NCBI GenBank assembly: GCA_947626055.1
Contig: CANQQP010000001.1
Span: 75,314-139,313 of the forward strand
Length of the DNA: 64,000 nucleotides
DNA from: an uncultured Bacilli bacterium
GTDB lineage: Bacteria > Bacillota_I > Bacilli_A > RF39 > UBA660
Direction: 5' to 3'
Shown: one piece after another, positions 20,348-30,052 of the stretch
How positions within the stretch are numbered: the stretch's first letter is position 1
Layout of the letters: every line of letters starts with the position of its first letter
Translations under genes and position numbers: made by a program
Notes under the pieces: model-generated
What the model saw: only the letters and a program-made list of their open reading frames with translations
What the model was told of the DNA's origin: nothing
Database searches by the model: none

Positions 20348-21082
20348 ATGAAAAAAATTACTTTAAATGATTTAAATTTTAAAAAATTAAAATTATTAAC
20401 AAACAAAACCAGCGAAAGTATTATTTATTATGATAAAAATAATATTTATAAATTATTTACTGATATAAATAAAGTTTTTTTGAAGGAAAAACAAGAAAAA
20501 CTTGAATATTTAGAGCAGTGTTATTTACCTGAAAATTTTTTAAAGCCACATTTAATAATCATGGATAATAGTCTTTGTGTTGGTTGCGTTGCTCCATATA
20601 AAAAATCTAACCATTTAAACAATGTCAATATGTTAAACATATATCTAAAACATTGTTATTTAGTTTCTCATGATTTACAAATTGTTCATAATCACAACCC
20701 CCAAATAGCCTTTGCCGATGTACATGGTAGAAATATTTTAATTCATAAATTAAGCCATTATTTTTGTGATATTGATGGGTGTTTTATTAAAGATTTAAAG
20801 GTTAGTTATTGTGTTTCCAATAATTATGATAATTATTTAGATGACTATAATATTAAAGAAGAAGTTGTTAATCAAAACAGTGATAAAGTACAATTATATA
20901 TAATGTTATTTTTTAAAATCTTTCATAAAAATATTTATTATATTTCTGAATCTGAATATTTAGAAAAAATGAAAGGTATTCCCATTTTAAAAGATTTATA
21001 TTCGGTTTTTAAAACTTTACAAAATCCTCTTCATGAAGTACCAGAAGTACCTTATTTGCATGAATTAATATTAAAAAAATAG
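20348..21082 (+). CDS. protein-kinase-like fold protein (hypothetical)
   Basis: IYKLF (beta3 Lys-like), ADVHGRNILI (catalytic-loop-like) and FCDIDG (DFG-like) in kinase order; no Gly-rich loop seen. Confidence 0.4.
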   Translation: MKKITLNDLNFKKLKLLTNKTSESIIYYDKNNIYKLFTDINKVFLKEKQEKLEYLEQCYLPENFLKPHLIIMDNSLCVGCVAPYKKSNHLNNVNMLNIYLKHCYLVSHDLQIVHNHNPQIAFADVHGRNILIHKLSHYFCDIDGCFIKDLKVSYCVSNNYDNYLDDYNIKEEVVNQNSDKVQLYIMLFFKIFHKNIYYISESEYLEKMKGIPILKDLYSVFKTLQNPLHEVPEVPYLHELILKK

Positions 21083-21131
21083 ATTGTTTATGACCCGTAA
21101 ATAGAGTATAATATTTTTTATGGTGATGGTT

Positions 21132-21620
21132 ATGTCTTCTTATGTTTTAGTTGGAAAAGTATGTGGGACACACGGAATAAAAGGTGAGATTAAAATTAAT
21201 TCTAATCATGAATTAAAAGAGCAAATTTTTATTCCTAATTTTAAGCTTTACTTTGGCCCAAACAAAATAGAAGAAAAAATAATTACTTATCGTCATCATA
21301 AAACGTATGAAATGGTTACTTTAGAAGGTTATAACAATATTAATGAAGTTTTAAAATATAAAAATCAAAATGTTTATGTTAAAAGAGAAGATCTTACTAT
21401 TAAAGATTATTTATTAACCGATCTATTAGACTGTGAAATTATTGAAAATAATATAGTTTTAGGAAAAGTTCTAAATGTTATTCCTAATGGATCTAATATA
21501 TTGCTAGAGGTTAATGGTTCTAAACATTTCTATGTTCCTAAAGTTAATGATTATATTGAAAAAATAGATATAGCATCTAAAAAAATTTATGTTAAAAATG
21601 TAGGGGGATTGATGTTATGA
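21132..21620 (+). CDS. rimM: 16S rRNA processing protein RimM
   Basis: VGKVCGTHGIKGEIKI N-terminus. Start placed at the third ATG, behind ggtga. Confidence 0.85.
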   Translation: MSSYVLVGKVCGTHGIKGEIKINSNHELKEQIFIPNFKLYFGPNKIEEKIITYRHHKTYEMVTLEGYNNINEVLKYKNQNVYVKREDLTIKDYLLTDLLDCEIIENNIVLGKVLNVIPNGSNILLEVNGSKHFYVPKVNDYIEKIDIASKKIYVKNVGGLML

Positions 21621-22279
21621 AAATAGATATACTAACTCTTTTTCCCGAAATGATTACTGGCTTTTTAAATGAATCAATAATAAAAAGAGCTCAAGAACAA
21701 GGAAAAGTAACTATTAATTTGTTAAATTTTCGCGAATTTTCGCATCTCAATAATCAGCAAGTAGATGATACTCCTTATGGTGGGGGAGCAGGGATGGTCT
21801 TAAGGTGTGAGCCTATCGTTGAAGCGCTTGAAAGTGTTAAAGATGAAGATAGTTTAGTAATATTACTTTCCCCTCAAGGAAAAACTTATAATCAAAAAAT
21901 GGCTAATGATTTTACCAATTACAAGCATTTAATTTTAATTTGTGGGCATTATGAAGGATTTGATGAACGGATACTAGAATATGCTGATTTAGAATTAAGT
22001 ATTGGTGATTATGTTTTAACAGGAGGAGAAGCAGCCGCGGTAGTAGTAACTGATAGTGTTGTCCGCCTTTTAGATAATGTAATTAATGAAGATTCCAAAG
22101 ATAATGATTCATTTACAGAAGGATTACTTGATTATCCAACCTATACTAAACCACGAGATTTTAGAGGCAGTCTCGTACCTGATGTCTTACTTAGTGGCAA
22201 TCATCAAAATATCACCAAGTGGCGTCATGAGCAACAAGTAAAAAAGACTCAAGAAAAAAGACCAGATTTATTAAAGTAA
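21617..22279 (+). CDS. trmD: tRNA (guanine37-N1)-methyltransferase TrmD
   Basis: DILTLFPEM, DDTPYGGGAGMV, CGHYEGFDERI, GDYVLTGGE motifs; ATGA overlap with rimM. Confidence 0.93.
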   Translation: MKIDILTLFPEMITGFLNESIIKRAQEQGKVTINLLNFREFSHLNNQQVDDTPYGGGAGMVLRCEPIVEALESVKDEDSLVILLSPQGKTYNQKMANDFTNYKHLILICGHYEGFDERILEYADLELSIGDYVLTGGEAAAVVVTDSVVRLLDNVINEDSKDNDSFTEGLLDYPTYTKPRDFRGSLVPDVLLSGNHQNITKWRHEQQVKKTQEKRPDLLK

Positions 22280-22291
22280 AGAAGTGATAAA

Positions 22292-22738
22292 ATGAGCTAT
22301 TTAATCAAAAAAGATAATAAAACAAATACTATAACTTATATGCAATATGATATGAAAGGTTATAAATTTACGCCCAAAAGTCAAAAAAATGCGAGCATTC
22401 AAGTCAATCAAATAGTTATTATTAATCCTCAGATGATTGATAAAATTTTAACATTAAAATTTAATTCTACTTTTAAGAAATTAATGGCTTTTGTTTTAAA
22501 TTATCTTAATGATACTTCTAGTGATACAACCGATGGAATCTATGCTTTAGGAGAAATTGATCGCTTAAAAAGTATAATTTTTAATAAATATCAAGCATAC
22601 TTAAGTGTGGAAAAACAAAAAAATTTTTTAGATAAATTAGCTTTTTTAGAAAACCAAATAAATATGAAAATGATGATGGCCTATCAGTTTATGCCTCCTG
22701 AATATCAAGAAGAACAAACCCAAGGTCGAGGAAGATAA
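22292..22738 (+). CDS. hypothetical protein, 148 aa, in the position usually held by rplS
   Basis: ORF 12 nt after trmD; no motif recognised. Confidence 0.55.
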   Translation: MSYLIKKDNKTNTITYMQYDMKGYKFTPKSQKNASIQVNQIVIINPQMIDKILTLKFNSTFKKLMAFVLNYLNDTSSDTTDGIYALGEIDRLKSIIFNKYQAYLSVEKQKNFLDKLAFLENQINMKMMMAYQFMPPEYQEEQTQGRGR

Positions 22739-22832
22739 AATTTCTCGATTTTTTTTAGTAAAAAAGGAAAATGCTATTTAACCTATAATATATATAATGA
22801 AGGTAGTTATTTTTATTAAAGAAAGGTCATAT

Positions 22833-23582
22833 ATGAATGAAATAGTTGATTATAATAAGAAGCCACAAAAAATAATTATTGGAGCGATAATTGCGATTGT
22901 TTTACTTATTGGCGGCGGTCTTACTTATTTTTTAATTTATAAATATGATAAAAAGGGTGATGGAAAGCAGACTGTAGCTAGTCTAACAGATGATTTAAAA
23001 AGTACCGAAAAAGTTGAGCAAGAAGAAGATAATTCTCCTGCCAAAACCGAAGAGACTGAAAAAATAAAAGTTGATATTAAAGGAGCCATTAATAGTCCGG
23101 GAGTATATGAAGTAGATGAAGGAACGATAGTTAATGAACTGATTAATATGGCTGGAGGAATAATGAGTAATGCTACAACTAAAAACATTAATTTAAGTCG
23201 CCAGTTACAAAATGAAATGGTCGTTATTATTTATACGCAAAATGAACTAGAAACTAAAGAAAACGAAATTAGTGATGTATGTTATGAAAATGATGTAGAT
23301 ATTTCTTCATGCTATCAAGAAAAGGAGTCTATTGTTATTCCTAGTGCCGAAGAAAATACAACTAAAAAGGATAGTAATGCTTCCTCTACAAGTGTAGTTT
23401 CCCTAAATAAAGCTAGTAAAGAAGAATTAATGACTCTAACTGGTATTGGTGAAGCAAAAGCTCTAAAAATAATTGAATATCGCGAAAGTAATGGCGGTTT
23501 TAAGAGCATTGATGAACTAATGAATGTTAAAGGCATTGGTGAGACGATATTTAATAAAATCAAAAACAATCTTACACTCTAA
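22833..23582 (+). CDS. comEA: competence protein ComEA (membrane-anchored DNA receptor)
   Basis: N-terminal TM, SLBB-like GAINSPGVYEV, C-terminal tandem helix-hairpin-helix LTGIGEAKALKI and VKGIGETIFNKI. Confidence 0.85.
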   Translation: MNEIVDYNKKPQKIIIGAIIAIVLLIGGGLTYFLIYKYDKKGDGKQTVASLTDDLKSTEKVEQEEDNSPAKTEETEKIKVDIKGAINSPGVYEVDEGTIVNELINMAGGIMSNATTKNINLSRQLQNEMVVIIYTQNELETKENEISDVCYENDVDISSCYQEKESIVIPSAEENTTKKDSNASSTSVVSLNKASKEELMTLTGIGEAKALKIIEYRESNGGFKSIDELMNVKGIGETIFNKIKNNLTL

Positions 23583-25650
23583 TAAATTTATTCTTTTCTT
23601 AATTGGGAGCTTGATTTTATATTTAATAATATATTTTAATGTAATACCTCATAAAAGCCATATAAAGATTAATTCTCAGGCGCTGACAGGTACATTAATT
23701 AGTCAAAAATCAGATGGAAATAAACTTTCCTTAATTATCAAAACACCTGAAAAAATACAAGTTACTTATTACATCAAAAGTGAAGAAGGAAAAAATAGAA
23801 TCGCTACAACTTTAAAATTAGGAATGAAAATTAAGGTTTTAGGAACTCTAAGTATTCCACCGGCAAATACCATCCCTAATACTTTTAATTATCAAAAATA
23901 TCTATATCATAATAAAATATACTATTTAATGCAGGCTCAGGATATTAAAATTATAAATACAAACGTAAATGTTCTTTATAAATTAAAAAATCTTTTAATC
24001 CAAAAAATTAATAATATGGAATATAAAGAATATTATTATGCTTTTATTTTAGGGGAAAAATATTATATAGATCAAGATGTATGGCAGTCTTATCAAAAAA
24101 GTGGAGTTACTCATTTATTTGCTATATCCGGAATGCATATTGCGTTATTTATCGGCCTCATTTCCAAATTATGTAGCTTTTTCAAAATAAATTCCACTTT
24201 TAAAAATATAACTATTTTTAGTTTTTTATCATTTTATTTGGTTTTAACTGATTTTGCGGCCAGTATCTTAAGAGCTGGAGTATTTTTCGTTTTTAGATGG
24301 TTAAATAAAAGTTTTAACATTAATTTACCTAATATTAAAGTATTATGTTACACAGTAATTTTTTTATTGTTTTTAAATCCTAATTTACTATTTAATCTGG
24401 GATTTTTATATTCAGTATTGGCAACATTTAGTTTAATATTAGGAACAAGTAAAGATAAAAATCAAAATTACTTTCTTAATATAATAAAAACTAGTTTAAT
24501 AATAAATATCGTATCTCTACCTCTAACTTTATATAATTTTTACGAAATAAATATTTTCAGTTTCTTATTTAATTGTCTTTTTATTCCTTTAGTTACTTTC
24601 ATCATTTATCCATTAATATTAATCAATTTTATATTGCCAATATTTTCTTTTTCCTGTGGCTTTGGACTTTTAATCATGGAAAAACTTGCCGCCCTATGTG
24701 CGCAGTTATCGTTGAATATAGTTATTCCTAAAATAAATATTTTATTTATTATAATTTATTACTTAAGTTTATTTGTTTTATGGTATTACAAAGACTTTAA
24801 GATTATTATATTTCTGGGCTTATTTATTATATTTTGGAAAATAACACCTTTTTTTGATGCTAATTTTTATGTTTATTTTCTAGATGTAGGGCAAGGGGAT
24901 AGCATATTAATACGTAGTGAATTTACAAATAATGTAATTATGATTGATACGGGTGGAAGGTTGCCATACTCTCAAGAAGAATGGGAGAAACAAAATCATC
25001 AATATCAATTAAGTGATAAGACGATTACTTTTTTAAAAAGTTTAGGAATAACTACTATTGACTGGCTTATATTAACGCATGGTGATATGGATCATATGGG
25101 AGAAAGTGCTAATTTAGTTAAAAATGTGAAAATTAAAAATGTCATTTTCAATCGGGATTCCTATAATGATTTAGAAAAGAATTTAATTACTCTTTTAAAT
25201 CAAAAAAAGATTAATTACTATCAAAATATTAAACAAATAAATATGCATTTTAATAAGTTAAATTTTCTAAATTATAAAATATATGATAATGAAAATGACA
25301 ACTCCAATATAATTTACTTAAATTATCAAAATTACAAATTTCTTTTTATGGGCGATGCGGGGATTAATGCTGAAAAAGATTTATTAAAAGAATATGATTT
25401 TCCTAATATCGATGTTTTAAAAGTTGGTCATCATGGCAGCAAAACAAGTAGCAGTAAAGAATTCCTTGCTCAAATTCAGCCGAAATATGCAATTATCTCT
25501 GTCGGCAAAAATAATAGATATGGTCATCCAGATTCTGAAGTTTTAGCCAACCTACAAGAAAGTAAAATATTTAGAACAGATATAAACGGCAGTGTTATCT
25601 TTAAAATAAAAAACAAAAAATTGCAAATAAAAACAAGCGCATCTCATTAA
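23524..25650 (+). CDS. comEC: DNA internalisation channel ComEC/Rec2 with a C-terminal metallo-beta-lactamase domain
   Basis: Competence domain GVTHLFAISGMHI, many TM segments, MBL motif LTHGDMDHMG. The exact start is uncertain (59-nt overlap with comEA). Confidence 0.88.
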   Translation: MLKALVRRYLIKSKTILHSNKFILFLIGSLILYLIIYFNVIPHKSHIKINSQALTGTLISQKSDGNKLSLIIKTPEKIQVTYYIKSEEGKNRIATTLKLGMKIKVLGTLSIPPANTIPNTFNYQKYLYHNKIYYLMQAQDIKIINTNVNVLYKLKNLLIQKINNMEYKEYYYAFILGEKYYIDQDVWQSYQKSGVTHLFAISGMHIALFIGLISKLCSFFKINSTFKNITIFSFLSFYLVLTDFAASILRAGVFFVFRWLNKSFNINLPNIKVLCYTVIFLLFLNPNLLFNLGFLYSVLATFSLILGTSKDKNQNYFLNIIKTSLIINIVSLPLTLYNFYEINIFSFLFNCLFIPLVTFIIYPLILINFILPIFSFSCGFGLLIMEKLAALCAQLSLNIVIPKINILFIIIYYLSLFVLWYYKDFKIIIFLGLFIIFWKITPFFDANFYVYFLDVGQGDSILIRSEFTNNVIMIDTGGRLPYSQEEWEKQNHQYQLSDKTITFLKSLGITTIDWLILTHGDMDHMGESANLVKNVKIKNVIFNRDSYNDLEKNLITLLNQKKINYYQNIKQINMHFNKLNFLNYKIYDNENDNSNIIYLNYQNYKFLFMGDAGINAEKDLLKEYDFPNIDVLKVGHHGSKTSSSKEFLAQIQPKYAIISVGKNNRYGHPDSEVLANLQESKIFRTDINGSVIFKIKNKKLQIKTSASH

Positions 25651-25783
25651 GAAAAAACTATACACCATTAATGCTATTTAACATAATATATAATGTACGT
25701 TATATAACGTTTTATATAGATGAAGAAGGGCATTTACTTGTCCTTTTTTCATTTGTTTAGTAAAATAATGTTGGTGGTAGTAT

Positions 25784-26716
25784 ATGAATGCCTATTTAAT
25801 TGTAAGTGAAAGTTTTCGCTTAATAGATGAGCAAATAGAAAAAATTGTCAAAAATAATCCAAATATTATTAAATTTGATATGCAAGAGGAAAGTATCGAA
25901 GACTTAATTAATGAGGCTGCCTATATATCTTTGTTAAATGATCCCAAGTTTATAATTGCTAAAAATGCTAATTTTTTTGGTAGTAGTAAAATAAAAGAAG
26001 AAGATAGTAATAAATTATTGAGTTATTTAAATAATCCTAATCCGCAGTCAACCATTATTTTTACGCTAAATACCAAATTAGATGAAAGAAAAAAAATAAC
26101 AAAATTAATGAAAGAAAAATATCAAATAATAGAAATAGCCAAATTAAATGAATATGATATGAATAAAAAAGTTAGTAATCTCTTAAAAGAAAATGGCTAT
26201 AAAGTGGATTTTGAAACAGTTCGTTATATTACTAAAAGTTGTTTAGTTAATTATGATTTAATTTATAATGAAATTGAAAAGATAAAACTATGTTATTTGA
26301 ATCAAAAAGATTTAACTTTTGAAGATATAAAAGCGATAGTTTCACCTTCAATTGAAGATAATGTTTTTAAATTCATAAATGCTATTGTAGAAAAAAATAC
26401 TAGACTGATGTTTAAATACTTTAAAGATTTAAAAATCCTAAAAGAAGAGCCCATTGCTTTCATTTCTTTGTTAGCCCGAGAATATCGCAATATGTATTTA
26501 ATTAAAACACAAAAGAAAAACAAAAGTCAAAGTGAACTTATGAAACTTTTAAATATCCAAAAATGGCAATATGATAAACACGAAAAATATGCTTATGAAT
26601 ATAGTGAAAAAGAATTAAAAGAAAAATTACGTGCTTTATTAAAATTAGATACGGATATTAAAACCGGTAAAATTGATAAATATTTAGGTTTTGAATTATT
26701 TTTATTAAATATCTAG
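25784..26716 (+). CDS. holA: DNA polymerase III delta subunit HolA
   Basis: Conserved position after comEC; size, and a delta-like C-terminal helical region DLKILKEEPIAFISLLAREYR. Confidence 0.7.
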   Translation: MNAYLIVSESFRLIDEQIEKIVKNNPNIIKFDMQEESIEDLINEAAYISLLNDPKFIIAKNANFFGSSKIKEEDSNKLLSYLNNPNPQSTIIFTLNTKLDERKKITKLMKEKYQIIEIAKLNEYDMNKKVSNLLKENGYKVDFETVRYITKSCLVNYDLIYNEIEKIKLCYLNQKDLTFEDIKAIVSPSIEDNVFKFINAIVEKNTRLMFKYFKDLKILKEEPIAFISLLAREYRNMYLIKTQKKNKSQSELMKLLNIQKWQYDKHEKYAYEYSEKELKEKLRALLKLDTDIKTGKIDKYLGFELFLLNI

Positions 26717-26757
26717 ATAATAGTACAAATGTATGTTATTATATAGAAGGTGATACA

Positions 26758-27312
26758 ATGTATAATTATATAAAAGGAAAATTAGCTGATCAAGAGAGTA
26801 ATTTTATTGTCTTAGATGTAAATGGTATAGGTTACCAAATATATGTGGCTAACCCTTATAGTTTTGAATTAAATAGGGAATACCAAGTCTTCGTCTATAA
26901 CCACATTAGAGAAGAAGAAAATACATTATATGGCTTTAAGACCAAAGAAGAAAAAGAATTGTTTTTAAGATTAATTGAGGTGAAAGGATTAGGACCAAAA
27001 ATGGCTTTACCAATGCTAGCTACGGGTAGTGTCGCTGGAATAATCGATGCCATTGATAGAGAAAATATTTTATATTTAAAAAAATTTCCGAAAATTGGCG
27101 ACAAAGTAGCGCGCCAAATTATTCTCGATTTAAAAGGAAAGTTAACTATTTCTGTTAGCCAAGAAGAAGAAAATTCCCTAGATGAATTAACTAACGTGTT
27201 ATTAGGCTTAGGTTATAAAATGGCTGATATAAAAAGAGTAATACCCCAAATTGATAATAGTTTAACAATTGAAAATCAAATTAAGGAAGCTTTAAAATTA
27301 TTCTTAAAATAG
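26758..27312 (+). CDS. ruvA: Holliday junction helicase subunit RuvA
   Basis: MYNYIKGKL...VLDVNGIGYQI, and HhH LIEVKGLGPKMAL. Confidence 0.92.
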   Translation: MYNYIKGKLADQESNFIVLDVNGIGYQIYVANPYSFELNREYQVFVYNHIREEENTLYGFKTKEEKELFLRLIEVKGLGPKMALPMLATGSVAGIIDAIDRENILYLKKFPKIGDKVARQIILDLKGKLTISVSQEEENSLDELTNVLLGLGYKMADIKRVIPQIDNSLTIENQIKEALKLFLK

Positions 27313-27327
27313 AAAGGATGATTGCAA

Positions 27328-28332
27328 ATGGAAGAACGTATTTTAACGCCTGAAGAAATGACCAGTGATGAATTTGAAAAAACGATTCGTCCTTTGAGTT
27401 TAGCAGAATACGTTGGTCAAGAAGAGTTAAAAGGGAATTTGGATGTTTTTATTAAAGCCTGTAAATTACGTAATGAATCTTTAGATCACGTATTACTATA
27501 TGGTCCTCCTGGATTAGGTAAAACTACATTAGCTCATATTATTGCTAATGAACTGGGGACTAATATTCGAACTGCCAGTGGTCCTTCTATTGAAAAAAGT
27601 GGAGATTTAGCAGCTATTTTATCAACGCTTGAACCTGGAGATGTTTTATTTATTGATGAAATCCACCGTATGCCTAGATATATTGAAGAAATTTTATATC
27701 CGGCAATGGAAGATTTTGAACTAGATATTATCGTGGGAGCCGAAGGCAATTCTCGCAATATTAAAATAGATCTACCACCTTTTACTTTAGTAGGAGCAAC
27801 TACCAGAGCCGGGGATATTTCTAGTCCCTTACGAGATCGCTTCGGAATTGTTTCCAAATTAAACTATTATACTTATCAAGAATTGGAACAAATTGTTAAA
27901 AGAACTAGTCGAGTACTAGATTTTGAAATAGATGATGATGCGGCGTTAGAATTAGCGAAAAGAAGTCGCAAAACTCCTCGTATTGCTAATCGTTTATTCA
28001 AAAGAGTTAGAGATTTTGCTTTAGTATCTGGCGAATCCCATATAACTAAAGAAATGACAACCAATTCTTTAAGGAGATTAAATGTCGATGATGAAGGTTT
28101 AGATGGAATTGATATTGAATATTTAGAAGCTTTAATTTTAAAATTTAATGGCGGCCCTGTCGGTGTCGAAACTATTGCCACTTCCATTGGGGAAGAAGTT
28201 TCGACAATCGAAGATGTAGTTGAACCATATTTATTACAAGAAGGTTTTGTTAAACGAACATCACGCGGGCGCATTGCCACTGACAAAGCTTTTAACCATT
28301 TAAAAATTGAACATAATAATACATTATTTTAA
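27328..28332 (+). CDS. ruvB: Holliday junction helicase RuvB
   Basis: [11 protein letters not shown], Walker [10 protein letters not shown], Walker B LFIDEIHR, sensor GATTRAG. Confidence 0.95.
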   Translation: MEERILTPEEMTSDEFEKTIRPLSLAEYVGQEELKGNLDVFIKACKLRNESLDHVLLYGPPGLGKTTLAHIIANELGTNIRTASGPSIEKSGDLAAILSTLEPGDVLFIDEIHRMPRYIEEILYPAMEDFELDIIVGAEGNSRNIKIDLPPFTLVGATTRAGDISSPLRDRFGIVSKLNYYTYQELEQIVKRTSRVLDFEIDDDAALELAKRSRKTPRIANRLFKRVRDFALVSGESHITKEMTTNSLRRLNVDDEGLDGIDIEYLEALILKFNGGPVGVETIATSIGEEVSTIEDVVEPYLLQEGFVKRTSRGRIATDKAFNHLKIEHNNTLF

Positions 28333-28343
28333 GGAGAAGAAAA

Positions 28344-28922
28344 ATGACCAAAAATAGAATTATTATTGTCGAAGGACCACAAGGAACTGGAAAGACATCT
28401 TTAACAAATTATTTAAGGGATAATATTCCTGCTAGTAACTTATATCGTTTATCTGGGCAAAAAGATAAAACTAATAACGGTAAAGAAAAAAGCATCATTA
28501 TGTATAATGCTTTATTAGATTACTTATATAAAATGCAAGAAGTAGAAATGGACTTAATTTTTGATCGAACATTTTTTACTGAAGAAATCTATGCCCGATT
28601 AGGTTATAAAGAATATAGTTTTACAAAAATTTACTTAAATTTGCTTAAAAGATTAGAAAATTTAAATAATCATTATGATTTATATTTAATATTACTTTAT
28701 CTAAAAAATACTGATTTATATAAACAGCGTCTTGAGCGCGCTTATCATCATAATTATCAAGCATTTAGTATTCAAAATAGTATTGACCAACAAGAAGCTT
28801 ATCAAAAAATGGCTCAAGAAATCAAAAATAATGCATCTCCAATTAAAGTTTTAGAAACGCCAACCGATGATTTTAGTTATGCTTATAAAAAAATAAATGG
28901 TATTTTTCGGATAAATGGTTAG
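28344..28922 (+). CDS. P-loop NTPase with a nucleoside/nucleotide-kinase-like layout (hypothetical)
   Basis: Walker A IIVEGPQGTGKTS at the N-terminus, then a DR motif (LIFDRTFFTEEIYA) as in dNK/TMPK-like kinases. Confidence 0.5.
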   Translation: MTKNRIIIVEGPQGTGKTSLTNYLRDNIPASNLYRLSGQKDKTNNGKEKSIIMYNALLDYLYKMQEVEMDLIFDRTFFTEEIYARLGYKEYSFTKIYLNLLKRLENLNNHYDLYLILLYLKNTDLYKQRLERAYHHNYQAFSIQNSIDQQEAYQKMAQEIKNNASPIKVLETPTDDFSYAYKKINGIFRING

Positions 28923-28928
28923 GATAAA

Positions 28929-29954
28929 ATGAAAACTGATGATTTTAATTATGATTTACCTGAGACCCTTATTGCTCAAACTCCTTTAAAAAATCGCTCG
29001 GAGTCGAAGCTGATGGTTCTAGATAAAAAAACAGGTAAAATAGAACATAAGCATTTTTTTGATATAATTGATTATTTAAATAAAGGTGACGTATTAGTTT
29101 TAAATGATACTAAAGTTATCCCCGCACGTCTTATTGGGGAAAAAGAAGAAACAGGAGCTGTTATTGAATTATTACTTTTAAAAAATAGGGAAGATAATAT
29201 TTGGGAATGTTTAGCTAAACCAGTTAAACGTTTAAAAATTGGCACCATTATAACTTTTGGCCAAGATAAATTAAAAGCAAAAGTTTTAGAAATATTAGAT
29301 GAGGGCATAATTCATGTGCAAATGCTTTATGAAGGAATATTTTATGAAATATTAAATGAATTAGGGCAAATGCCTCTTCCTCCTTATATTAAGACTAAAT
29401 TAGAAGACAAAAATCGTTATCAAACTGTTTATGCTAAAAATATTGGCAGTGCTGCCGCTCCGACCGCTGGACTCCATTTTACAAACGAATTACTAAATAA
29501 GATAAAAGCTAAAGGTATTACGATTTTATATATAACATTACATGTTGGTTTAGGCACATTTAGACCTGTAGTAGTTGAAGATGTAACAAAACACGAAATG
29601 CATAGTGAATTTTATTCTATGGATAAACAAACGGCGCAGACTCTTAATCAAGCCAAAAAAGAAGGTCGAAAAATAATTGCTGTAGGAACTACAACAGTCA
29701 GAACTTTAGAGACTGTAATGGCTAAATACCAGGAATTTAAAGAATGTAGTGGGGAAACGAAAATATTTATTTATCCCGGTTTTGAATTTAAAGCCATAGA
29801 TAATCTAATTACCAATTTCCATTTGCCAAAAAGTACGCTTTTAATGTTAGTTAGCGCTTTAGCGTCAAAAGAAATTATTTTAAACGCCTATAAAGAAGCA
29901 GTTCAAAATAATTATCGCTTTTTCTCGTTTGGCGATGCGATGTTTATTAAATAA
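28929..29954 (+). CDS. queA: S-adenosylmethionine:tRNA ribosyltransferase-isomerase QueA
   Basis: [38 protein letters not shown] motifs. Confidence 0.95.
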   Translation: MKTDDFNYDLPETLIAQTPLKNRSESKLMVLDKKTGKIEHKHFFDIIDYLNKGDVLVLNDTKVIPARLIGEKEETGAVIELLLLKNREDNIWECLAKPVKRLKIGTIITFGQDKLKAKVLEILDEGIIHVQMLYEGIFYEILNELGQMPLPPYIKTKLEDKNRYQTVYAKNIGSAAAPTAGLHFTNELLNKIKAKGITILYITLHVGLGTFRPVVVEDVTKHEMHSEFYSMDKQTAQTLNQAKKEGRKIIAVGTTTVRTLETVMAKYQEFKECSGETKIFIYPGFEFKAIDNLITNFHLPKSTLLMLVSALASKEIILNAYKEAVQNNYRFFSFGDAMFIK

Positions 29955-30052
29955 ATTAAAATGCAAATTGTAAAAAATTTGTATTTTTTTATGTCAGAAA
30001 AAAGGAAATCCCTCTTTTATCTATAATATATCTATTGAAAGGAGGTGAATAC

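Noticed and set aside
25676-25700. A second dif-like sequence, TTTAACATAATATATAATGTACG, shares the 15-mer TTAACATAATATATA (XerD-arm plus central region) with the dif site at 47104. I considered whether it marks the far end of a Xer-exploiting integrated element.
   Set aside because: The other recombinase arm is completely different. The 21 kb between the two sites is core housekeeping (holA, ruvAB, queA, tgt). The shared part is low-complexity TA-rich sequence that also looks like a -10 box. It is probably chance or promoter sequence.
27534-28286. Antisense ORFs of 107 and 136 aa lie inside ruvB. Similar ones lie inside ftsK (18168-19298), sufS, comEA, holA, ruvA, queA, xerD, rpoD/dnaG (55984-58152), zupT (46310-46666) and the DUF1653 gene (9685-9954).
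   Set aside because: They are shadow ORFs opposite well-supported genes. They have low-complexity S/L/I-rich translations and no RBS.
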